Below, piece after piece: positions 1 to 7,295 of a stretch of DNA of 33,695 nucleotides (positions are counted from its first letter, which is position 1; the number at the start of each line of letters is the position of its first letter). Where the stretch lies: NCBI GenBank assembly GCA_016839745.1, contig JAEOTS010000024.1, positions 1 through 33,695 of the forward strand, read 5' to 3'. Position numbers and translations under genes: made by a program. The notes beneath the pieces are model-generated. The model was not told the DNA's origin. It made no database searches and saw only the letters and a program-made list of their open reading frames with translations. The stretch is from Promethearchaeota archaeon. GTDB taxonomy: Archaea > Asgardarchaeota > Lokiarchaeia > Sigyniarchaeales > SOKP01.

Positions 1-1406
1 ATGCCCCAAGGATATGTTACTTCTGGTCTGAAGATTCCGGAACCACCCATTTCTAACCACTCTCCTAATTTGTCATAATATACAGAAACTTCCATGCTTG
101 GTTCGGTATATGGGAAAAAACCAGGTCGTGTGATTATTTTTTCAAATCCCATTTTCTTGTAAAATTCTGATAACAAACCAATTAAATCACTCAAATTAAC
201 ATTTTCATCGATAACAATGCCTTCTATTTGAGTAAACTCCGCTAAATGAGATTTATCTAATTTCTCATTTCTAAATACTCTATCAATACAAAACACTTTT
301 ACAGGAGTTTTATCTTTATTTCTATAAAATTGAGCTAGGCGTCTCATAGTTGTGGAAGTTGTATGAGTTCTTAATACTGTTTGTTTAGCAATACTTTCGT
401 CCCACTGATATCTCCAGCCAAGTGAGTTAGAATCTCCCCCGTTTTCATGAGTAGCCTTAACAGCTAATACCCTATCTTTTTCTGGCAACTTCGCAAATTT
501 GGGATTATTTAGATAGAATGTATCTTGTAATTCACGAGCGGGATGATCCTGTGGTTGGAACAGCGCGTCAAAGTTAAAAAAAGCACTTTCTACGATAGGA
601 CCTCTTATTTCCGTAAATCCCATTGATATAAAAACTTCTCTAATTTCGTTAATGAGACTGATTAAAGGGTGTATTTTCCCTGCTTTTAAAGAGGGACCTG
701 GTTTGGTTACATCAAATGGTTTTATATCATAATTCTTCCAAGTACCTGAGCTAAGCATTTCAGATGTTATTTTACTAATATGTTTTAATTCCGAAACTTC
801 AGACAGTTTAATCGATTTTCCCTTATTTGTGAGAAAAACATAGCGTTGTGTTTTTTTTTCTTTTGCAAATAATTTCCTTCTATTCAAAAGGTCAAATTGT
901 ATTAATTCATTTTTTGATAATTTTGAATAATCGCGGGTGGGAAGTGTTTTAAATGTCTTCATGAATTTTTCTACATCTGATTCTAGGAATTCTTCAGCAA
1001 CTAGAAAAATCTTATTATCTCCCGTAGCTTTACTTTGAGCAATCCAACCATTTTTTCTCATATTTGAAAGCCCGATATAAAAAATTTGCTCATCTATCTT
1101 AGACTTAACAAGCAATTCTTCCATACTAATCTCTTTAACATCCGATTCCCTCATAATTTTTAGTAATTGATTTTCCGGTAATCCATTTTCTAAATAATTT
1201 CGTCCTTCATCGTTTAATGAAATTTGATTGATTTCTTCTTCCCTGAAACCCCCTAAGTCATGATCAATGAGATCATTAATAGCTGCCATGAGGACAATAT
1301 AATCTATATTCAATTCTTTTGCTAATGTTGATGCTACTTGTTCAGTTTTTTTTTTCTTAAGTACTTTGAGAATTTCGATTACTTGTTTTTTTAATTTGAT
1401 CGTCAT
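1..1406 (-). CDS. pheS: Phenylalanine--tRNA ligase alpha subunit, archaeal/eukaryotic long type (3' end runs off the window)
   Basis: Absent from the ORF track, so translated by hand. ATG at 1406 gives MTIKLKKQVIEILK...; the gene contains NFDALFQPQDHPARELQDTFY, VLRTHTT, RVFRNEKLDKSHLAEFTQIEG and FFPYTEPS, and at the window edge the same frame reads WLEMGGSGIFRPEVTYPWG (class II aaRS motifs). Confidence 0.96.
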   Translation of the reverse strand, partial: MTIKLKKQVIEILKVLKKKKTEQVASTLAKELNIDYIVLMAAINDLIDHDLGGFREEEINQISLNDEGRNYLENGLPENQLLKIMRESDVKEISMEELLVKSKIDEQIFYIGLSNMRKNGWIAQSKATGDNKIFLVAEEFLESDVEKFMKTFKTLPTRDYSKLSKNELIQFDLLNRRKLFAKEKKTQRYVFLTNKGKSIKLSEVSELKHISKITSEMLSSGTWKNYDIKPFDVTKPGPSLKAGKIHPLISLINEIREVFISMGFTEIRGPIVESAFFNFDALFQPQDHPARELQDTFYLNNPKFAKLPEKDRVLAVKATHENGGDSNSLGWRYQWDESIAKQTVLRTHTTSTTMRRLAQFYRNKDKTPVKVFCIDRVFRNEKLDKSHLAEFTQIEGIVIDENVNLSDLIGLLSEFYKKMGFEKIITRPGFFPYTEPSMEVSVYYDKLGEWLEMGGSGIFRPEVTYPWG

Positions 1407-1582
1407 ATCTAAAAATCAAAATTAATTTACTTTTCGTTATATTTTTTCTAAATCTCTAACCTTTTTAAATCTTTCGTGGAGTATATCGTTTTAACTTGCT
1501 CTTTCATGAATTAGAACAATATTTAGCAATTAAACAAACCATTTAATTGTTTAAAAAAGAATAATTGAACGAAATAACCGCA

Positions 1583-1624
1583 GCCAAGGGAAAAAATCTA
1601 AGATTATTTTATTAATCCCTTGGC
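1583..1624. repeat. Inverted repeat with 9-bp GC-rich arms (possible RNA hairpin) in the pheS upstream region
   Basis: GCCAAGGGA (1583-1591) and TCCCTTGGC (1616-1624) are exact reverse complements in an otherwise very AT-rich spacer. Confidence 0.55.
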
Positions 1625-1663
1625 AGAATAAAGAATCTGAAGATAAATGATACTTGATAGAAA

Positions 1664-1680
1664 TTATCTGTAACAGATAA
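1664..1680. promoter_or_regulatory. 17-bp palindrome, candidate transcription-factor operator
   Basis: TTATCTGT-A-ACAGATAA: perfect 8-bp arms around a 1-bp centre. Function is inferred only. Confidence 0.35.
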
Positions 1681-1767
1681 GAAATCTCTGTAAACCTTCA
1701 AAATTTACTCTTCTCAAGTAATCATTAATTAATATAGTATAATAGTAATATTCACTAAAAAATTTTC

Positions 1768-2196
1768 CTACTCTAATTTTTCGCGAATAGCCGTGGAACT
1801 AATTTTCTTGTTATTTTTGTCCTTTAAAAGAGGGACTACAATTAAAACAATCGGATTCAGTCCCTTCTCTTCTCTAAGTTCGTTCAATTTAACGGCATTA
1901 GAATATGTTTCTTGACTTAAAATTAATCCCTCGTAATCAGGATCTTGAGAATATGTAGCCATGTCGTCCCAATTTTTGATTTCAACTATGTTGACTCTAT
2001 TTAAGTCAGTAAAAGAATTGATAAAACTTCTTAAATTTGCCTCTCTTGTATTATAATCTTCTAACTTTGAAGAAGCTTTTTTATTTTTCAGCAATTCTTG
2101 GGATGTTAACCCGATCTCAATAAAATGCGATATGTTTAAAGCTGTCCTTAATAAAAACTTATGCCCATCATGGAGATGATCAAATGTTCCGCCCAT
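1768..2196 (-). CDS. coaD: Phosphopantetheine adenylyltransferase (archaeal/eukaryotic-type cytidylyltransferase family)
   Basis: GGTFDHLHDGH (HxGH) motif, R in DYNTRE, LILSQET, N-x-x-R-x-x-x-GL and C-terminal KISSTAIR. The true start is probably a few codons upstream. Confidence 0.88.
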   Translation of the reverse strand: MGGTFDHLHDGHKFLLRTALNISHFIEIGLTSQELLKNKKASSKLEDYNTREANLRSFINSFTDLNRVNIVEIKNWDDMATYSQDPDYEGLILSQETYSNAVKLNELREEKGLNPIVLIVVPLLKDKNNKKISSTAIREKLE

Positions 2197-2241
2197 TCCG
2201 ATTTTATTTAAAATTAGGGAAGCACCTAACTATTACGAAAT

Positions 2242-2679
2242 TTAAATCTCAATAGTCTGCTTTAATTTTTCTTTGTCTTTTTCTAATTTTTTTTCCTTAT
2301 CTTTAGATTTCTTTAATTTAACACTATAAATCTGGTTTATTTCCATAGATTCATTGCACTTGTCGCAAACTCCGGCTGATTTAAATACAAAATCTCCGCT
2401 TTCGTAATTTCTTACTTTAATAGCTCCACAAACTTTGCACTTTAATATTGTTAAAGTCTGTCTAATTGGATCACTTGGACTTTTTTTCATTTGAATTACT
2501 GTAGTCCCTAAACAAATAAAAGTAAAACCTATAACTAGGTTAAGCGTTTGATCTGGTCCCCCTATGTACATAAACAGAACTCCGATAACTATAAATCCAA
2601 AAAATACAAGGTTTTTCAGAATTTTTTTCAGAGAGCGCTTCTTTTTTAAAATTTCCTCATCGTCTTCTTCGTCGATCAT
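2242..2679 (-). CDS. Small two-TM membrane protein with C-terminal zinc ribbon
   Basis: Two hydrophobic helices (LVFFGFIVIGVLFMYIG; LVIGFTFICLGTTVI), then CKVC...GDFVFK...CDKC and a Lys-rich tail. Confidence 0.8.
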   Translation of the reverse strand: MIDEEDDEEILKKKRSLKKILKNLVFFGFIVIGVLFMYIGGPDQTLNLVIGFTFICLGTTVIQMKKSPSDPIRQTLTILKCKVCGAIKVRNYESGDFVFKSAGVCDKCNESMEINQIYSVKLKKSKDKEKKLEKDKEKLKQTIEI

Positions 2680-2828
2680 GAATATCCTTAAGTTTTCTTA
2701 TTGATATCTTGTAAACTATACTCTATAATAGAAAAGAATATAAGATTAAATAAATTTTGTTATTATGAAAACTTAATAGATTTAATCTTTTAATTATATT
2801 TGTTATTTAAAACTAAGAAAGGGTATAA

Positions 2829-3983
2829 ATGATAATACAATTAATGCAATTAGGCCAAACGGAAACCGACCCTCTCGGTTTAATTTTTAATTTACTGTGG
2901 TTTGCTTTAATCTTTGTTTCCATGTTCTATGGAACTAAACTTCAAGCGTGGAGGTCAGCAAAAGAGATCGAATCCGGATTAGAAAAACTTAAAAAATGGA
3001 ATGACGAGTGTAAACAGATTTTAGTCTCCAATTTCAAAAAATACGCTGAAAAAAATGAAACTGAGAAAGACTTAATGCTAAAAATAGAGAATTTCTTAAC
3101 TTTTATTGCGATAACTCCTGTTGATCTTGATCCTTATGGTATAATTCCAAAACTCGATCATATCATTGATGTAAGAGACGATAGATTTAAAGAAGAAATA
3201 ATGATTTTAGCCCCGAACGCCGACCCTGAGGCTCATGAAACACAGAATTTAGAAAATATTGTTGAAGCTGCTATGGCTGTAGATTATGTTTATAGACTTG
3301 TAAAGCATTTCCTAATTCTAGGTAAGAAATCGAAATCCTACATTATTCTGATGCAAATTTCTATGCAAATGACTATGATTCTTGCTATGGGTAAATCTTA
3401 TTATCACGCTACAAAAGCTTTTGCAGAAGGAAGCCCAATCGGAGATGCACTTGGACCGTTAGTTGCGGGTAGTTTTGTGAGGGATGTTACCAATTCTGAT
3501 GATATAGAAGCTAAAAAAATCGCAAAAGATACAATAGTTCAAGAAGTAGCGTTCGAAGATAGAACTGTTTATGTAATTCGAGCACAGGGACCTGGAGGAA
3601 CGGTAGGAAAACCAGGAACAGCAATAAAAAAATTAGTTGAGGAACATGGAGAGGCTATCTCCCGGATTATCATGATCGATGCAGGTTTAAAATTTTCAGG
3701 GGACAAAACAGGTTCTATAGCTATCGGAGTTGGTGCGGCAATTGGAGGGATTGGTGTAGAGAAAACTAAAATTGAGGATTCTACAACTGAGAAAAAAATT
3801 CCAGTTGATGCTATTATTTGTAGACAATCTTTAGAGAACGCAATCACAACCATGTCGCGCCCAATTACCAAAAGTGTGCATTCTATCATTGAAAAAATAA
3901 AGATGGGGATTAGGAAGCGAACTGAGAAGGGAGCAAAAGTTATTGTTGCCGGAATAGGTAATACGATTGGTATTGGAGTATAA
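2829..3983 (+). CDS. DUF1512-like membrane-anchored protein with a GPR/YyaC-like C-terminal domain
   Basis: N-terminal TM helix, PVDLDPYGI, IGDALGPLVA, GPGGTVGKPG, IIMIDAGLK, GVGAAIGGIGVEK and terminal GIGNTIGIG, as I recall from the archaeal DUF1512 family. Confidence 0.8.
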   Translation: MIIQLMQLGQTETDPLGLIFNLLWFALIFVSMFYGTKLQAWRSAKEIESGLEKLKKWNDECKQILVSNFKKYAEKNETEKDLMLKIENFLTFIAITPVDLDPYGIIPKLDHIIDVRDDRFKEEIMILAPNADPEAHETQNLENIVEAAMAVDYVYRLVKHFLILGKKSKSYIILMQISMQMTMILAMGKSYYHATKAFAEGSPIGDALGPLVAGSFVRDVTNSDDIEAKKIAKDTIVQEVAFEDRTVYVIRAQGPGGTVGKPGTAIKKLVEEHGEAISRIIMIDAGLKFSGDKTGSIAIGVGAAIGGIGVEKTKIEDSTTEKKIPVDAIICRQSLENAITTMSRPITKSVHSIIEKIKMGIRKRTEKGAKVIVAGIGNTIGIGV

Positions 3984-4117
3984 CTGTTTTTCATCTACTT
4001 TTTTTCATATTTCATTCATCAAATTATTTATAATCCTTTATTTATTACACTTACTTATCATAATTATAGTAATTATGTAATTTCGAAACAAATAATAATA
4101 ACATAAAAGTGATCAAT

Positions 4118-4576
4118 ATGCCAAAATTTGGAAGTGACGATTGGGCTAAAGCGTACATGAAAGCTATAAATGACAATCCTAACTATAAACAAGCAGCTTC
4201 ATGGTGGGAAGGCGATTTTGTTTTCGTTATTGAGCCCAGTGGGGCTTTAGATAAGAAAATAAACATGTTTGTTGGTTTATTAAAAGGAGATTGTACAGGG
4301 GCAAAAACATTAGCTGATGATGAAGAATTCGAAATCCTACCTCCTAATTCACCACCCCGACCGTTAAAAGAGGGAGAAAAGGTCGGAGCTGAATTTATAT
4401 TTTCTGGTCCTTATGATAACTGGGTGAAAGTATTGGGAAAAGAGCTTGATCCTATTCAAGGTTTAATGGCGGGAAAATTTAAATTAGTTGGAAACATGGC
4501 TAAGGTAATGAGAGCCACGAAGGCAGCTCAAGAATTAGTTAACTCTACTACTATGGTAGAAACAGAATACTATTAA
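4118..4576 (+). CDS. SCP2 sterol/lipid-binding domain protein
   Basis: FGSDDW...IN...Y...A..WEGD and YDNWVKVLGKELDPIQGLMAGKFKLVGNMAKVMR fit the SCP2 signature. The ORF-track GTG at 4109 lies inside the SD-like AAGTGAT, so ATG 4118 is preferred. Confidence 0.85.
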   Translation: MPKFGSDDWAKAYMKAINDNPNYKQAASWWEGDFVFVIEPSGALDKKINMFVGLLKGDCTGAKTLADDEEFEILPPNSPPRPLKEGEKVGAEFIFSGPYDNWVKVLGKELDPIQGLMAGKFKLVGNMAKVMRATKAAQELVNSTTMVETEYY

Positions 4577-4579
4577 TCC

Positions 4580-4622
4580 TTTTTTTATTTTTTATTCTTT
4601 TTTAGATAAATTATTTTTTTTA
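4580..4622 (+). terminator. Oligo-T archaeal-type terminator region
   Basis: Several T runs directly after the TAA at 4576. Confidence 0.5.
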
Positions 4623-4735
4623 TATGCTCCATCTAGGATTTAAAATCTGCAACAAACAATCCATAAATATTGGACTATAGTTAATTTTAATAGTTCGTTT
4701 TGTCTGTTTAATAAATATCTAATCTATTAAAAAAA

Positions 4736-5740
4736 GTGATGAATATAGGTTTGTCAAGAAAAGAATATTTTGTAAAAGACTTAGTCATCGACGATGAATA
4801 CGGTGTGATAGAATCTACTGCAACTATTCAAGATGCAGCTAAAAAAATGAAAGAATTAGGTGTACCTGATTTAGTTGTGATTGAGGGTGAAAAAGTTCTC
4901 GGAGTTATTGCTGATATTGATATTGTTCAAAATGTCGTAGCGGAAGGAAGAGATTCCAAAATAGAAAAAGTGATTTCTACTATGTATAAAATTGAACCCG
5001 TATCGCTTGAAAGCCCGGTCACAGAAGCATTCACACGAATGCGTGATTTACAGGTGAATGTAGTTCCAGTGGTTGAAGATGGAAAACTTCAAGGAGTAAG
5101 TACTATACACGATTGCTGGAGTTATATCCCTGACGAAGATATTGATGAAATCGGCTTAATACCTGTCTCAAACACTAGAAATGTGGAATTTTGGTTTGCT
5201 AGCGTCTGTTCTATACTTGCATTTGTTCTAGGCGTAATTCTCCCCCTTGTTGGAATATACGGTTTTTTTTCAGGAAATCAAGTTGATCTACTAAGCTTGT
5301 TCGGAACTGCTGAGATAAGAGGAGGAAGTGTACTATTTAGTTTCTTCGAGGCGAGAGGTAATGATTTTTTTGTGTCATTCATGAATCTTATTGGCCTTAA
5401 TGGAGGTATTTGGCTAGTCATAGTAATTATTAGCTTGTTAATACTTGTTTTTGGAATACTTGGATTAGTTTCAATTATATTTACTAGTTATTCTGATATT
5501 CGAAACATTCAAACTGGATTTACCGTACGATTTATAATCCCTATTTTATTTGTTGTATTTTTGGTCATTCAATGGATACTTTTAGGCATCGCTTTCGCAA
5601 TAGCAGTACCATCTCCTCCTGTCACCATCGACGGCTTGGGCTTAACACTATCGATTATTTCTATGCTTCTAATATTAGCTGCTATTTATCGAGATTATTT
5701 TTTTAAACAAAAGGAAGTTTCCGGTGAGGTGCTGGGTTAA
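4736..5740 (+). CDS. CBS-pair protein with four C-terminal transmembrane helices
   Basis: ATIQDAAKKMKELGVPDLVV...VLGVIADIDI and PVTEAFTRMRDLQVNVVPVVEDGKLQGV form a tandem CBS pair, followed by four hydrophobic segments. Start may be TTG 4751. Confidence 0.85.
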   Translation: MMNIGLSRKEYFVKDLVIDDEYGVIESTATIQDAAKKMKELGVPDLVVIEGEKVLGVIADIDIVQNVVAEGRDSKIEKVISTMYKIEPVSLESPVTEAFTRMRDLQVNVVPVVEDGKLQGVSTIHDCWSYIPDEDIDEIGLIPVSNTRNVEFWFASVCSILAFVLGVILPLVGIYGFFSGNQVDLLSLFGTAEIRGGSVLFSFFEARGNDFFVSFMNLIGLNGGIWLVIVIISLLILVFGILGLVSIIFTSYSDIRNIQTGFTVRFIIPILFVVFLVIQWILLGIAFAIAVPSPPVTIDGLGLTLSIISMLLILAAIYRDYFFKQKEVSGEVLG

Positions 5741-5742
5741 AA

Positions 5743-7197
5743 GTGCCACGTGGTGGTGGAGCTCGCGGTGGCGGGTTTCGAGGCGGTGGATTTGGTGGTG
5801 GAGGATTTCGAGGTGGTGGATTTCGTGGCGGTTCTGCGGGATTTCGTATGGGGGGATCTAGATCGGGTGGAGCTCCCTTTGGAAGAACTGGTGCTAGTAG
5901 AGTAACTTCAAGAGCACCAAGGGGCCCTTATCGTCATTCATATTATAGACCTCATAGAAGATACTATTGGTATGGTTACCGGCCTTGGTATTGGCGCTGG
6001 TGGTATAATCCGTGGTGGGCTGGACGATGGTATAGACCGTGGTATTATTCTCCAGTCTATGTTGGAGGAGGTATAACAATTGCTATAGTTTTAGGACTAA
6101 TCCTATTACCACTTGTCGGAGTTGCTTTTTGGTTTCCCTTTAGTAGTGCGAATACGGACGGCACTGTAAATTATCGTTCTACAGAAACCTTATATTTCAA
6201 CGAATACTGGTATGAATATGAAAACATCAAAGCAAATAATAAAATTTCCTATAAAGTTGATTCTTTATCAAGTTATATCAGTTTCGCGATCTGGGATCAA
6301 CCATTTGAGAATTTACCCACTACTACAAGACTTGGTAATGACACCGATCAACTTGTTCTTATAAGTGACTGGTATGAATATATACAATATTACTTAAAAC
6401 CCGGATCTTCAATTAATTATAATTTTAATGCATCTAGCCAAATTGATTTCTTCATTGCAAACGGACAGGCTCTTTACGATTGGAATCTGGGAGGTAGCCC
6501 CTCATTTTATGTAGATGAATCTAATGTGACACAAGCTAGCGGTGTATATAATGTTCTATCTGCAAGAGATTATTATCTCGTCTGGTATAATGATGGATTA
6601 TCCACAGTTACGGTAAACATTTCAATCAATTACTCCGCCATTGATGTAATTGACCTATCAGCAGCAGATTTTTATGTTGAAGGAGTTGATACTGTTGTTC
6701 AAGATACTTTTACAGTCCCAAACGATGGGAATTGGTATTTTTTTGTTTACTTTGATCCAATGCTTTCTCCCGAAGAAAGTACAACAATTACTTTTGATGT
6801 GACGTACGATACTGGAATTACCTCAGTTGATAGGTGGATTGATTTTCAGCCTATCTTGATAACTATAATAGTTGTAGTAGGTATCATAATCGTTGCTGCA
6901 CTTTTAGCCAGAAGAGGTCAAAAGAAGTTAAAACCAAAACCGTCATCTAAAACAGTTCCTTCCAAAACTCCTGAAAAAAAGCCAAAGAAAACAACTTCTA
7001 CTTGTATAAGATGCAACTCTTCAATTCGAGCGGATGCCAATTTTTGTCCAAATTGTGGAGGCAAAGTTGAGGGTAGAATTACGGGAACCCCAGCATTGGT
7101 TACTCCTGCTAAAGCAAAATCGTGTTCTTTCTGTGGTAGTAAACTCTTAATTGACGATAAATTCTGTAAATGGTGTGGAACAAAGGTAGCGTCGTAA
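5743..7197 (+). CDS. Two-TM membrane protein: RGG/aromatic N-tail, extracellular beta-rich domain, C-terminal double zinc ribbon
   Basis: GTG start preceded by GAGGTG (5726-5731). RGGGF repeats, an R/W/Y-rich tract, TM1 ITIAIVLGLILLPLVGVAFWF, N-x-S/T sequons, TM2 ILITIIVVVGIIIVAALLA, then CIRC-CPNC and CSFC-CKWC. Confidence 0.85.
   Translation: MPRGGGARGGGFRGGGFGGGGFRGGGFRGGSAGFRMGGSRSGGAPFGRTGASRVTSRAPRGPYRHSYYRPHRRYYWYGYRPWYWRWWYNPWWAGRWYRPWYYSPVYVGGGITIAIVLGLILLPLVGVAFWFPFSSANTDGTVNYRSTETLYFNEYWYEYENIKANNKISYKVDSLSSYISFAIWDQPFENLPTTTRLGNDTDQLVLISDWYEYIQYYLKPGSSINYNFNASSQIDFFIANGQALYDWNLGGSPSFYVDESNVTQASGVYNVLSARDYYLVWYNDGLSTVTVNISINYSAIDVIDLSAADFYVEGVDTVVQDTFTVPNDGNWYFFVYFDPMLSPEESTTITFDVTYDTGITSVDRWIDFQPILITIIVVVGIIIVAALLARRGQKKLKPKPSSKTVPSKTPEKKPKKTTSTCIRCNSSIRADANFCPNCGGKVEGRITGTPALVTPAKAKSCSFCGSKLLIDDKFCKWCGTKVAS
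5764..5847 (+). repeat. Imperfect ~15-bp coding repeats encoding RGGGF units
   Basis: Variants of GGTGGATTTCGAGGC occur about 4-5 times and form a local G-rich patch. Confidence 0.75.
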
Positions 7198-7295
7198 TAC
7201 ATTAATTCTTCAAAAAATCAAAACCATAATTCTTAAATTTATACATTTTTTTTTTTACTTTAGTACAGCAAATTTCTTGAACTTCTAATATAAAA

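Noticed and set aside
1449-1508. 19-codon minus-strand uORF (MKEQVKTIYSTKDLKRLEI) upstream of pheS as a possible attenuator leader peptide
   Set aside because: It contains no Phe codons and its length is compatible with chance.
2742-2789. 10-bp inverted repeat AAGATTAAAT / ATTTAATCTT in the divergent promoter
   Set aside because: Almost entirely A/T in an extremely AT-rich spacer, so it is not distinguishable from chance.
3569-3994. 141-aa minus-strand ORF, and similar antisense ORFs at 5894, 6918, 8517, 9614, 9976, 10441, 12594, 13247, 14280, 15192, 17527, 17860, 21165, 22902, 24823, 25175, 28076, 29592, 30410 and 32181
   Set aside because: They lie wholly or largely opposite well-supported genes, have shadow-frame composition and show no recognisable motifs.
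5764-5847. G-rich short repeats as a CRISPR array or non-coding repeat
   Set aside because: There are no unique spacers, and variation falls mainly at synonymous positions, consistent with coding for RGGGF.
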